Source: a virus (Duplodnaviria; Caudoviricetes). Taken from it: a DNA stretch of 64,000 bases. This document shows positions 34,621-44,787 of this stretch, piece by piece; the first letter of the stretch is position 1, and each line of letters opens with the position of its first letter. The position numbers were made by a program, and so were the translations under genes. The DNA lies in the IMG/VR virus record IMGVR_UViG_3300025389_001023, positions 50,542 through 114,541 of that record; one strand, written 5' to 3'. The notes under the pieces are model-generated. The model was not told the origin of the DNA, made no database searches, and saw only the letters and a list, made by a program, of their open reading frames with translations.

Positions 34621-35775
34621 TTATTTCTTCTTATTTTTGTTATCTAACATACCACGTTTGTTAGCTGTTTTCCAAGTAATAGTTTCTGCTTCTTTTTTAC
34701 CATGACCAGCTTTGATTTCGCTTTTCTTTACGTCTTTAACAAACTTGTCTACTTTTTTACCTTCTGCTACACCTTGTTCTTGACCCAAAGCCTGTTTAAT
34801 AAATGCTTGATGTTGTGGTTCTAAATCAGCCAGCATTTGTTTTGCCTGAGCAGTTTTATACTGTTGTCTTGCTACATCTGCCATAGCATAAGCACTGGCT
34901 AGTTTTGAAGCCTGGCTAGCTAACTCTGGATTATCTTTTAACCAAGAACGAATACTTCCATAAGCACTAGCTCTATCAACTGGATTTAAATCTTTTAATT
35001 TATTAAGTTTACCAGCAACAAATGGATCCATACCCTCTGACATTTTTCCAACATTTTCATCAATTGGCTTTTCTTCTGTACTCAATACTTCATGTACAGT
35101 TTGCAGTCTGTCATTTGCCACTGTGATATAACTATATTCCCATGTGTCTAGTTTTTTACCTTGCTTTAATAAAGCATAAACTAATTTTGAATTCTTTACA
35201 ATATTACGTAACTCACCTTCAGCCATTGAATCCATTTCTGAACCTGCATCACAACTGGCTTCATATGCTAAACCACCTGCAATCACACCACCATTTTCAT
35301 TCATAGCATCTGGATCATGTTTCATTTCTTGTGCGCTAATTAAATAATCCATAACACTTACCATCATGCTTTTAACAGCACCAATCTTTTCGCTCATCCA
35401 TTCTGGGAATTCATCATGTGTTGATAATTCTTTATCTAAGTGACTTGCCACACGAACAATAGTATGTAAACTGTTTTTGAATGTTTCACCCTCTGAGTCT
35501 CTGTCATTTGACATAAATCCAGATTTTCTTAATCTACCTAGTCTAGGATTAAGAATAATATCGTCTTCTTCTAATGTTGCCTCTGAAACTTTGCCTTCAA
35601 TAATACTGTTGGCATAAGGACCTTTTTTCTTGGCTTTACCTGTCATTACTTTACCAACAGGTTTTAATCCTGGAACATTTACACTTTCACGTGTTTGTGT
35701 ACTTAACGGCATAGCTACTGTAGATATTGATCCAGCTGTAGTAGTTGCGTTTTCTATTATTTGCTTGATTCTCAT
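34621..35775 (-). CDS. modular head-internal-type protein with a duplicated helical domain
   Basis: N-terminus MRIKQIIE; IIEG, LEED, MNEN, IDEN, MSEG and GVAEG linkers; late box at 35799-35804. Confidence 0.7.
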   Translation of the reverse strand: MRIKQIIENATTTAGSISTVAMPLSTQTRESVNVPGLKPVGKVMTGKAKKKGPYANSIIEGKVSEATLEEDDIILNPRLGRLRKSGFMSNDRDSEGETFKNSLHTIVRVASHLDKELSTHDEFPEWMSEKIGAVKSMMVSVMDYLISAQEMKHDPDAMNENGGVIAGGLAYEASCDAGSEMDSMAEGELRNIVKNSKLVYALLKQGKKLDTWEYSYITVANDRLQTVHEVLSTEEKPIDENVGKMSEGMDPFVAGKLNKLKDLNPVDRASAYGSIRSWLKDNPELASQASKLASAYAMADVARQQYKTAQAKQMLADLEPQHQAFIKQALGQEQGVAEGKKVDKFVKDVKKSEIKAGHGKKEAETITWKTANKRGMLDNKNKKK

Positions 35776-35827
35776 AGTGGTTTCCCAAAGTTATGTAGTA
35801 TTTATCAAAAAATTGTAATAAAGAAAC

Positions 35828-37153
35828 TTAAGAAACTTTGCCGTTTGTTCTGGCTGTTGGTGGAATACCTGCTCTACTGGTTTTCCAATAAAATGCTTTT
35901 GCATTCTTTTGTAGACTATCAGGACGAACATCTACTGTAAGTGCCGTTTTAAATCGTGGGTCGTTTCGTTGAGCATAACTTGGAATATACCCTGAGGCTT
36001 CATTTACTGACGGTTTCAAACGGGTCAATTCATACATAACTAGGTCACCATTATCATGTGTCATTAAATCATAACCCCAAACCTGTGCATATCTATGCAC
36101 CATCCTATTATATAATTTAGCTCTACTTTCTGTTTCTTTTCCGGACTCATTTGCTTTACTGGCTGAAAAAAATATGTTAACCGGGTGCTCTTTTTTGATG
36201 AATTGTTGAATAGCAGACAAAACAGTAGCAAATACTCGTTGAGCATCTCCTTCACCGGTTACTTCCTGGCTGTTGTTTCTATAAAATTCTACCTGCCATT
36301 CTTCATCACCTTCCTTGTTGAACATAATACTTAGATTAGTTCCGTCTGGTAATTTTACTAGTGCATCATAGTCACCAAACTCACCTTTTTCCCATGTCAT
36401 GGGATAGGGTTGGTCAAAGGCTTCATCAATATTTTGATACATAGTTTCAATGGTTAGTGTTTCACTATGTAGTTTGTTTTTCAAGTCGTATAGTTTAGTG
36501 ATATAACCTTGACTGCGTAATGCTTTGTATGCCAGATTTTCAGGACCAAACTCACCTGCTTTGTCTAATCCAGCTTGTCTATATCGTTTGATTGTTTTTA
36601 GTATCTCGCTTACTTTTTTATATTTTTTAGAATGCAACGCTAACTTTGCTAATTTCAACAGTTTTTCATACTTGTGTTTGGTAGCTGTTTGGTCAAAGTT
36701 TGCTCTGCGTTTAGTTGGAATTCTAAGCCACTTGTCATTCATTAAACTATACTCACCTAAACTAACAACAGGTTGACTGCTATCTTGTACGTACAATTCA
36801 ACAGGAACACCATGTATTTTTATATCATGTGTGTCGTTGTATATTGTTTTCTTTGCATCAAATAGTTCACGATAAACATCATCGTCAGGATACTTGCTCA
36901 TGTCAACTAAGATGTGTAAATCTAAGTCGCTATGAGGTGTATAGCTATATGCGGCATTGCTACCTGATACTGTGATATCTTTTACATCTAATCCATTGAT
37001 ACCAAGTTCTTCTAAAAAGTCTTTGGTAATGATTTCCAGTTGTTTCTTCACTTCAGGGCGTAGGTGTTGACCAGTCCAAAGTTTAGGATTCAAGTGGTCG
37101 TGAAATTTAACTGCATCAGCAATAGTAAATGAATGTAATTCTTTAATGTCCAT
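35828..37153 (-). CDS. Pol-beta-family nucleotidyltransferase domain plus extra modules
   Basis: GSNAAY...SDLDLH and VELYV motifs; IDEA and VNEA linkers; late box at 37158-37163. Confidence 0.75.
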   Translation of the reverse strand: MDIKELHSFTIADAVKFHDHLNPKLWTGQHLRPEVKKQLEIITKDFLEELGINGLDVKDITVSGSNAAYSYTPHSDLDLHILVDMSKYPDDDVYRELFDAKKTIYNDTHDIKIHGVPVELYVQDSSQPVVSLGEYSLMNDKWLRIPTKRRANFDQTATKHKYEKLLKLAKLALHSKKYKKVSEILKTIKRYRQAGLDKAGEFGPENLAYKALRSQGYITKLYDLKNKLHSETLTIETMYQNIDEAFDQPYPMTWEKGEFGDYDALVKLPDGTNLSIMFNKEGDEEWQVEFYRNNSQEVTGEGDAQRVFATVLSAIQQFIKKEHPVNIFFSASKANESGKETESRAKLYNRMVHRYAQVWGYDLMTHDNGDLVMYELTRLKPSVNEASGYIPSYAQRNDPRFKTALTVDVRPDSLQKNAKAFYWKTSRAGIPPTARTNGKVS

Positions 37154-37167
37154 CTAGTATTTATGAT

Positions 37168-39504
37168 TTAAGTGTGTTCACCCACACTTGGAAAATACGT
37201 AACAAATTTATCATTATTATTTGGTCTCATAAATTTAATTTTTTTATAAATTTCATTAAAGAAATTCCATGCCAATACTACAATAATTAAATCATCTGTC
37301 TCTTGTGTTAATATGCTACTATTTTGCACGGGAATATTACTACCAGGGCATAATAATCCTTGCTTTAATGGATTATCGTCAACGATATAATCTAATTTTA
37401 ATTTTCCGGCGTTTATAACAGTCATACCTTTAGCGGCAGCTCCATAACCTATGATTTTTTTACCTTGATTTCTATCAATATACAATTGTATATCATTCAA
37501 ACACTTTATAGCATTATCTCTGTATTTGTCGTAAAATTCTCGATTATATCTGTAATTTTCTGCATTAACAGCATCGTCTACCATTGCATTTCTATTGTCC
37601 GTTTTTTGTATTCGGAAACTATAGCTTTTACCATGAACATTTGGTTTAAACACATGATTTAAATATAATCCGGCACGTTCAACTGCAACTTTCATACTAT
37701 TAATACTAAAATAACTAATATGCTCATGATAAATTGTATCAAATTCATTATTATCAAACATTTCTGCTTGACTGGTTTCTATTATTAAAGTAGAAGAATA
37801 ATGCATAACTTTAATACATGCTTCTAAAAATTTATCAATATCAGCAGTATGTGCAAATACATTTTGTGCTATAATAAGATCAAACTTAGGTAATTTTTCT
37901 GCAACGTCAGTACTCCAATAATCACATATTACATTATGACCTTTAGCTGTGCTAATTGGATGTAAATTTTCTGCTGGGTCTACACCAAATGTTATCCAAC
38001 CTCTGTCTTTAAAACTATCTAATAGTGTACCGTCATTACATGCAATATCTAAAACTTTTCCAGCTGTTCTACTGTGACTTACAAATTGGTCTGCAAACCA
38101 ATCAAAGTATTCTTTCAATGTTTTGCTGGTACCACTTACATACAAATAGTTTTTGAATAGTATGTCAGGATTTACTGCAATATTTAATTGTGTGTGCCAA
38201 CATGTATCACACCCCATGAGTAACAATTCATATTCTTCTAACAATTCATCAGGTTTATGAAAACTATTTGCCAGCGGTTGTTTTCCTAAATCCAATACAA
38301 CAAATAAATGAGGACTACCACAGCATAAACAATTGTATAATCTTTTATATGATTCTTTGGGTACAGTTTTTTCTATTAATGCTCTAAAAGTTGGTGAAAA
38401 AGTACGTTCAACAACTACAGATATATTTTCTACTACAGGCTCTGCAATTGCATCAAACAACACACCAAAATTTTCTACGTTATCATTTGGTGTTTCAGTT
38501 TCAGGTTCAATAATTTTTGGTTCAACAATTTGTTCTATAACAGTTTCTATAACAGGTTCTATTACTGTTTCAACCACATGTGTGATTGGAGGAACAGGCA
38601 ATTGCTGGTTAACTAAAGAATCTCTAATACTCCATTTAATGGAATCATAATTATTATTAATATCATCAATAATGTTGTCTGGTTTGTCGTTAAAAGCGAA
38701 ATTAAATTTTGTTATAAATTTATTACAGTCTAATTCAAAACTAAACAAGTTGGTAATTTTTGATTCAAATTGTACTGGTACATCAAATTTTTTACCTACT
38801 ATATTAGCAAAATTTTCTATTGTATTACTAAAACTTGCAAGATTAAAAATCTCATGTTTGGTATCTATCACATGCGTATTTTTTATTAAAGTTTCTATTG
38901 CTCTTGCACAATCATTAATACCTAAAATACTTCTGCGATTTACACCATTAAAACAAATGATATTTTTATTTGTCTTTGCACTAATCGTCATTGCATTTAA
39001 CATTAAATCTGCTCTGGCATATTCGGTATATCCATTTACAGTTCCAAAACGTAAACCTATTGTTCTACATAATGCACCTGTTGCCATTTTTTCAATAATT
39101 TGTTTTGACAAGTCATATTCTAATTTTGGAGAAGATAATGCACTTGATTCTTGTCTACTTACACCACCAAAACCATATACACTACCACTACTTGCATATA
39201 TTAGTGTATGATTTTCTGAAAGTTTACCTATTAAATTTGCAAATCTAATAACATTATTTCCCCATGCATTTTCATGGTTGTCGGTACACATTGCAACAGA
39301 ACTATGTGCGGCTAATAAAATAATATGCGTATATTTACTATAAAACTCTTTGTCCAGCAAATCATAATCCATATTATATTCTGGTATGGGTCCACCAAAC
39401 ATTGTCCAATCAACTGTTGTTACATTGTAATTTAACTTTTGTAAATGTTTATATAAAAAGCTACCTATGTAACCACTAGAACCTATAATTAAAACGTTAG
39501 ACAT
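37168..39504 (-). CDS. fusion of an NAD-dependent epimerase and an NDP-hexose C-methyltransferase
   Basis: GSSGYIG and YDLSK; CLCCG/CDTC zinc site, LDIACNDG, DTIYHEH and GYGAAAKG motifs. Confidence 0.85.
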   Translation of the reverse strand: MSNVLIIGSSGYIGSFLYKHLQKLNYNVTTVDWTMFGGPIPEYNMDYDLLDKEFYSKYTHIILLAAHSSVAMCTDNHENAWGNNVIRFANLIGKLSENHTLIYASSGSVYGFGGVSRQESSALSSPKLEYDLSKQIIEKMATGALCRTIGLRFGTVNGYTEYARADLMLNAMTISAKTNKNIICFNGVNRRSILGINDCARAIETLIKNTHVIDTKHEIFNLASFSNTIENFANIVGKKFDVPVQFESKITNLFSFELDCNKFITKFNFAFNDKPDNIIDDINNNYDSIKWSIRDSLVNQQLPVPPITHVVETVIEPVIETVIEQIVEPKIIEPETETPNDNVENFGVLFDAIAEPVVENISVVVERTFSPTFRALIEKTVPKESYKRLYNCLCCGSPHLFVVLDLGKQPLANSFHKPDELLEEYELLLMGCDTCWHTQLNIAVNPDILFKNYLYVSGTSKTLKEYFDWFADQFVSHSRTAGKVLDIACNDGTLLDSFKDRGWITFGVDPAENLHPISTAKGHNVICDYWSTDVAEKLPKFDLIIAQNVFAHTADIDKFLEACIKVMHYSSTLIIETSQAEMFDNNEFDTIYHEHISYFSINSMKVAVERAGLYLNHVFKPNVHGKSYSFRIQKTDNRNAMVDDAVNAENYRYNREFYDKYRDNAIKCLNDIQLYIDRNQGKKIIGYGAAAKGMTVINAGKLKLDYIVDDNPLKQGLLCPGSNIPVQNSSILTQETDDLIIVVLAWNFFNEIYKKIKFMRPNNNDKFVTYFPSVGEHT

Positions 39505-40459
39505 TTTTTTTTAAATTGTTAATATAAAATTTGTTGACTTCGTATTCCACTGGATATGGCATTTGATTTACATTTATATTTCTATGTGGATCTAATGGTC
39601 TATGATGTACATACATTGATTTATAGCTCATTTCACCAGGCTTCAAATATGTTTCTGTTTTAATCCATGGTGTTAGTCCCCATATATGGTGACCGCCAAG
39701 GAACATATAATACCCTGTTTTAGCATCAATGTTAAGTGTTGGCGGAGCCCATTTCTTTTTAAAGTATTCCCAGTTATATTTAAACCATTGGTCATGTTCA
39801 CCTGAGCGATTACTAAATGAATGGTACGTGTATATTTTGCAAGTTTTACCACCTTCTGTTTGTACTAAATCTTCTTCTGGATAGTAGTCATTTAATAAAT
39901 TGTGCGGTATTGCTGGATATTTATTAAAGATGCTTGTCATTCTACGCCACAAGTCTATGCTTTCAAAATGTGTTACTGTAAAATTTTCATCACACAAATA
40001 ATTGTTTTCTATAAAAAAGTTTGGGTCCAGACTAAAGAATTGTCCTACATCACCACATAGATTTCCTTCAGTCCAACAGTTTCTAGGTTGATTAGGCCAA
40101 TACACAAAATCGTGAGAATCCCATGGTATACCGTTATATTGAACAAATAAATTTTTTATTGTTGTTGGTTCATGGACAAACACATCTGCTTGTAGGACTG
40201 CAATTCTAGGTGCTTTTAGTAATTGTCCTACACGTAAAAACCAATTATATCCACCCGTAGTACCTAAATTGTTTTCACTACGATGATATATTGAATTGGT
40301 TTGTATTGCCCAATCTCTGACAACATCTTGGTTACCATTGTCTAGTATAATAATTTGATATTCCCCGCTAGGAAAATATTTTTCATAATCATTTACATTA
40401 TAATATTCTACCCAACGGTCACCTTCTGAGTATGTAAGTATAAAAATTGTTTTTTTCAT
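39497..40459 (-). CDS. GT2-like glycosyltransferase
   Basis: IIILDNG, ENNLG..GGYN and QAD motifs. Confidence 0.65.
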   Translation of the reverse strand: MKKTIFILTYSEGDRWVEYYNVNDYEKYFPSGEYQIIILDNGNQDVVRDWAIQTNSIYHRSENNLGTTGGYNWFLRVGQLLKAPRIAVLQADVFVHEPTTIKNLFVQYNGIPWDSHDFVYWPNQPRNCWTEGNLCGDVGQFFSLDPNFFIENNYLCDENFTVTHFESIDLWRRMTSIFNKYPAIPHNLLNDYYPEEDLVQTEGGKTCKIYTYHSFSNRSGEHDQWFKYNWEYFKKKWAPPTLNIDAKTGYYMFLGGHHIWGLTPWIKTETYLKPGEMSYKSMYVHHRPLDPHRNINVNQMPYPVEYEVNKFYINNLKKNV

Positions 40460-40472
40460 TTAGATATTTAAC

Positions 40473-40511
40473 AAAAAACCCGCCCACCTAAAAAATTAGA
40501 GTGAGCGGGTT
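40473..40511 (-). terminator. intrinsic terminator
   Basis: AACCCGCTCAC...GTGGGCGGGTT followed by a T-run. Confidence 0.8.
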
Positions 40512-40529
40512 ACCACAAAAAACTTTTAA

Positions 40530-41459
40530 TTAGGCGACTTCATTGCCGTTTTGGTCAACAAGTTTCATGCCTTGTGCTTTCTTAGCGTCTAAGAACATAG
40601 GTCCAATTGTGTTCATCAAGTGTTCTTGGTTCTCCATACAGAAAACATAACTACCACTGTGACGTAACAATACACGTTTATCAACGTAAATCTTACCACC
40701 TAAGTCACGCCAGTTTTCACAGAATGTCCAGTCTTCACTATAGTAACGGTTCTGACGAACTGCTGTATCAAAATATGTCTTCAAGTATTGATCGTACTTT
40801 GGATCTAACCCAATGTCGTTCTTGTATTGCTTAACAGCTGGGTGACTGTTCATTTTAGCAAACACATGTTTCTTCATCAACAAGAAACCTGTACCAGCTT
40901 TACTTACTTCTTGGAATCCATCTGGTCCTTCTTCAGCACCTTCAAATCCGTTAACTACCCACTTGATAGGCATAGTCTTCATTGGGTATAGACCAGCGAT
41001 AACGTCAACGTTACGATTTAACAATACCAATAAGTGCCATGGTTCCCAACCAATGTCAGCATCAACAAAGAATAAGTGTGTTGCTTCAGGCATATCCAAA
41101 AACTTTGCAGTTAATGTGTTACGGGCACGACTGATTAAACTTTCGTTTACCATTGTTTCCAATGTCCAGTCAATGTTTAATTGACGGGCTGTGTTAGCCC
41201 ACTTGATAAAACTCATGAATGTTGATTCAGTCAACATACCACCATAACATGGCATAGCGATATGCACTTTGGTTGTACGTAAGAAATCAACGTTTACTTG
41301 AACTTGACCTTGTTGTGGGGCTTGTTGGTCACCTTGTGCTGGTGTTGCATTAGCGTCAGGTGTTGCGTTTTCTTGTGCAGGTTGAGCCTGCATGTCTTGT
41401 ACAATTTCTTGTAACTGTTCTACTGGAACAGATTTTTCAGCTTTTTTCTTTGTTGCCAT
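40530..41459 (-). CDS. GT-A fold glycosyltransferase-like protein
   Basis: MPCYGG, ESLISRARN, FVDADI, GTGFLL and SEDW.FC motifs. Confidence 0.78.
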   Translation of the reverse strand: MATKKKAEKSVPVEQLQEIVQDMQAQPAQENATPDANATPAQGDQQAPQQGQVQVNVDFLRTTKVHIAMPCYGGMLTESTFMSFIKWANTARQLNIDWTLETMVNESLISRARNTLTAKFLDMPEATHLFFVDADIGWEPWHLLVLLNRNVDVIAGLYPMKTMPIKWVVNGFEGAEEGPDGFQEVSKAGTGFLLMKKHVFAKMNSHPAVKQYKNDIGLDPKYDQYLKTYFDTAVRQNRYYSEDWTFCENWRDLGGKIYVDKRVLLRHSGSYVFCMENQEHLMNTIGPMFLDAKKAQGMKLVDQNGNEVA

Positions 41460-41510
41460 GTTTTCCTCTTGTTAAGATAGTAATATTTACTATCTGAGGA
41501 GCATGTCAAA

Positions 41511-43007
41511 TTATTTTTCTTCGAGATAATCAGCACTTTCGGTGATATTACTTTCATTGGTCATTGCAACCAAATGTCTGCCGTTATCATCACGTTTAGT
41601 CATATTATACTCTTGTTCATATGTACCGGGGAAGGGTAAACCTTTTCCACCACCTGTATGAAATTCTTCTGTCATGGTCTTACTGGCTTTATCCAACATA
41701 CCGTTTTGTTTAGCCGCCTGCAATTGCACAATCTCATCATGCGTCATAACAGAACTTAGTGGTTTACCTTGTTTTCTTGCTACAAGTGCTTTTCTTAGTA
41801 ATAACGCTATAGCCGCAAGTTTATCTTCATATTCTTTTTTGCGTTTATCCATAGTCATATTGTAATCACCTAAACCGTGAAATACTTCTTGCTTTTGAGG
41901 TGTGTTGTCCATTTGTTTAGCAAAGTAATCACGCATACCAGCTAATTGACCTTCTGTTAATCCTGCGGCTGCGATACCTGTACCAATACCTGCACTTGCT
42001 AATGTATACTTAATTGTATCAGCCCAATTCTTACCATTGATACGTGAAACTACAGTAGGGATAACTGTGTTTAATATTGCTTGTAATAACAAGTTTGTTT
42101 GTGCAGGATTTAATCCCATCTTTTGTGATGTAGATAAAATTCCACCTGCAAGTAAAGCACCAACTGTAGTAACAATACCACCTTGAATATATGGATTTTC
42201 TTTACCTTTTTTGAATATATCAACTAGTGTTCTACGTACTTCAGGGCTATCAGTCTTGTGCAATAATTCACGTGCTTTATCTGCGTAGTCATCTACTTTT
42301 TCTTTATGAATATCATGTACAACTGGCTTATAGAATTGTATAACTGTTTTAGTCAATGGATCAATACTTGCATCTTCTTCTAATGGTTCTATTGTAGCGC
42401 CCATTTTCATTTTTTCAGTTACAGCCTGACCCATTACGCTATCATATATTTTAACAATACTCTGCGCTAATTTAGTATTCTTTGCGGCAGCAGGATATAA
42501 ACTCATTACCATTGCTAGTTTGCGTTTTTCATTTAGTTTAGGCCATGCATTGCGAATCTCTGTTGCACTTGTGATGCCAGGACCAAACTCTACAGTTGGT
42601 AGATATGCTAAGTATGCATGTTTACTAAATGGTTGCATGTTTTTACCTGTATAGGGTTGAAAGTATGCAAGACTACCATCTTTCTTTTTACCACCTGGCT
42701 TAGGTTCTTCGTTACGATCCTTTTCGCTACGCACAAATACCAATACATCTTTATCAGGATCATAATTGTCTGTGATTTCATTAGGTCTAAAAGGACTTTT
42801 AACTTGTACAAAATGACCTGCAGGAACTCCTGATGCTTTTGCTAATTTTTCTTTTACTTTGAAGGGAAAAGGTCTTTCACTTGTGTCGTTACTTGCGGCT
42901 ACATATATATCAGCACCTGGAAAGGCTTTCACAGCACTTTGATATAGAGCCATGTGACCTGCATGAAATGGATGAAAGCCTCCCGGCATAACGACTATTG
43001 TACTCAT
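41511..43007 (-). CDS. HxGH nucleotidylyltransferase (NadD/CoaD-like) domain plus extra modules
   Basis: PGGFHPFHAGH and SATEIR motifs; LEED, LTEG, MTEE and ITES linkers; internal hydrophobic helices. Confidence 0.7.
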   Translation of the reverse strand: MSTIVVMPGGFHPFHAGHMALYQSAVKAFPGADIYVAASNDTSERPFPFKVKEKLAKASGVPAGHFVQVKSPFRPNEITDNYDPDKDVLVFVRSEKDRNEEPKPGGKKKDGSLAYFQPYTGKNMQPFSKHAYLAYLPTVEFGPGITSATEIRNAWPKLNEKRKLAMVMSLYPAAAKNTKLAQSIVKIYDSVMGQAVTEKMKMGATIEPLEEDASIDPLTKTVIQFYKPVVHDIHKEKVDDYADKARELLHKTDSPEVRRTLVDIFKKGKENPYIQGGIVTTVGALLAGGILSTSQKMGLNPAQTNLLLQAILNTVIPTVVSRINGKNWADTIKYTLASAGIGTGIAAAGLTEGQLAGMRDYFAKQMDNTPQKQEVFHGLGDYNMTMDKRKKEYEDKLAAIALLLRKALVARKQGKPLSSVMTHDEIVQLQAAKQNGMLDKASKTMTEEFHTGGGKGLPFPGTYEQEYNMTKRDDNGRHLVAMTNESNITESADYLEEK

Positions 43008-43465
43008 TTTGCGTTCGATGTATCGTAAGTTTGATTAAAAATATCTTTTTTCACAGCACCATAATCACCTGCACCATGACGAACAATATAATCATTGCCC
43101 GCAGTATATGCTAAGTCTCCCCATGATGTATGTAGTGTACCATCGTGGTCTGCTAACTTAGCAATTTTCATAATCTTTTTAGGTGTGCATTTACCGTCAC
43201 CTAAATCATCTTTTAATGCGTTAAACTTTTCAGGACTGATAGGATATTTTTCACCTTTTGGACCAGTCATAATATAATGACCTTTATCATATCCTACAGG
43301 TCCTTCTAATGTTTCAATTGTGCCAGGACGCTGTGCAATCTCATATTTTTCAACTGCAGGCTTTTTGTATGTTTGAAATGAACCAGACTTAAACCAGTCA
43401 TCATTAACTGGTCCTGCGTTTTCATTTAAAACATCAATATATCTTCTAAAGAATCTTGAATCCAT
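43004..43465 (-). CDS. PGDYG-like protein with an internal duplication
   Basis: TLEG...G.YIMTGPKGEKYP and TSWG...G.DYIV...GDYG. Confidence 0.6.
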   Translation of the reverse strand: MDSRFFRRYIDVLNENAGPVNDDWFKSGSFQTYKKPAVEKYEIAQRPGTIETLEGPVGYDKGHYIMTGPKGEKYPISPEKFNALKDDLGDGKCTPKKIMKIAKLADHDGTLHTSWGDLAYTAGNDYIVRHGAGDYGAVKKDIFNQTYDTSNAK

Positions 43466-43474
43466 GATTAGTCC

Positions 43475-43870
43475 TTAGTAGCTTAGTTTAACAAAATTAA
43501 CCACACCACCTTGAAAATCTTGTACAACTGCACGTAAGTACACAAAGTTTCCAACTATATTGGTATATACACTTGCGTTTGAATTTGCAAATGGGTCTGA
43601 ACTACTACTTGAATTTGCGTTGGCATCTAGTTCATATACATTAAACCATTGAGTATCGTCACCTACAACAATAGGATTGTTCAATGATGCTTGAATGAAT
43701 ACATTTCCTGTACAGTTACTTAAATTAATATTAACTGTTTGTAAATCTTTGTTACCTAAATAGTAACTAGCCGCTGGCTGAGGATCACCCACAACATTGT
43801 AGGGTGCACCGTTACCAGAGTTATTATATGCAGTTTGCGGTAATAGTATAAGTGTAGTGGTTTGGCTCAT
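43475..43870 (-). CDS. hypothetical beta-rich protein, possibly structural
   Basis: 131 aa; in a late transcript. Confidence 0.6.
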   Translation of the reverse strand: MSQTTTLILLPQTAYNNSGNGAPYNVVGDPQPAASYYLGNKDLQTVNINLSNCTGNVFIQASLNNPIVVGDDTQWFNVYELDANANSSSSSDPFANSNASVYTNIVGNFVYLRAVVQDFQGGVVNFVKLSY

Positions 43871-44037
43871 TATGCTTTCTCCACTTCAACAATGGCACTA
43901 GTGCCTACTAATTCTTGTGCAACTTGCTCTAATGCTTGTTGCATATCACTATCAACGATTGAGGAAACTTCAGTTTCAGATTCCTTAACAATTCTGCTGA
44001 ATTTAATGATTACAACATCTTCTATAATTTTCGCCAT
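43870..44037 (-). CDS. 55-aa hypothetical protein (not in the ORF track)
   Basis: MAKIIEDVVIIKFSRIVK...VEVEKA; GGAG RBS; TAAATA box at 44057-44062; stop overlaps the next ATG. Confidence 0.75.
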   Translation of the reverse strand: MAKIIEDVVIIKFSRIVKESETEVSSIVDSDMQQALEQVAQELVGTSAIVEVEKA

Positions 44038-44067
44038 AAATACTCCATTGATAGAGTATTTATCATA

Positions 44068-44787
44068 TTAAACTGTAACTGGGCGTTTTTCCAATTTGAA
44101 CTTTCTGCCAAAATAACCACCGCTAACCATGAGAAATAGATAGCTTAACATGCTTTCATCATTGTAGTCAATAAAATGACTGGCATGACTAAAATGATAT
44201 TTCCATACCATTGGTGATATTCTTGCATCCAACAACCAATTTTGCAACGCCTTACTTGGGTGCAAATTTTTAGAATTGTTTAGTGCTGACGCTAGATTAT
44301 CTACAAAATCTTTGTCTATTCTTTTACTTTTTAAGTATATTCTATATTTGTACTCTGGATCTTTGATAAAATATTTTGTATCTAATAACTGATTAGCTAC
44401 AGCTTTTGTATATGCGTAATCTATTTTAGAATCAATTGTTTCAATAGTTTTCAACAATGGCAAATCATTGGAGAATATTGACACGGTGTTATGTTCTATA
44501 CGTACAATAATAGTTTTATTAGGTTTATGAAGGTTACGCCATTCAATATATTTTTCTAATGTACCTTTATTTTTACGTGCCTCAATAATACTTGCTTTAC
44601 CAATATATTGGTTTCTATCATAGAGGTTATCATATAACTCTTGTGGTGTGTTTGAGTACCAAGTATACCTGCTACCTTTTAATTCAAATCGAACACGGTA
44701 TAGAAATTTATTGTAATATAGTTGGTCTCTATATTCAAGAAAATCTATACCTGTTTCATTAGTTGACTTCAATAATGCCATCGTCAT
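44068..44787 (-). CDS. hypothetical protein
   Basis: 239-aa ORF downstream of clpA. Confidence 0.65.
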   Translation of the reverse strand: MTMALLKSTNETGIDFLEYRDQLYYNKFLYRVRFELKGSRYTWYSNTPQELYDNLYDRNQYIGKASIIEARKNKGTLEKYIEWRNLHKPNKTIIVRIEHNTVSIFSNDLPLLKTIETIDSKIDYAYTKAVANQLLDTKYFIKDPEYKYRIYLKSKRIDKDFVDNLASALNNSKNLHPSKALQNWLLDARISPMVWKYHFSHASHFIDYNDESMLSYLFLMVSGGYFGRKFKLEKRPVTV

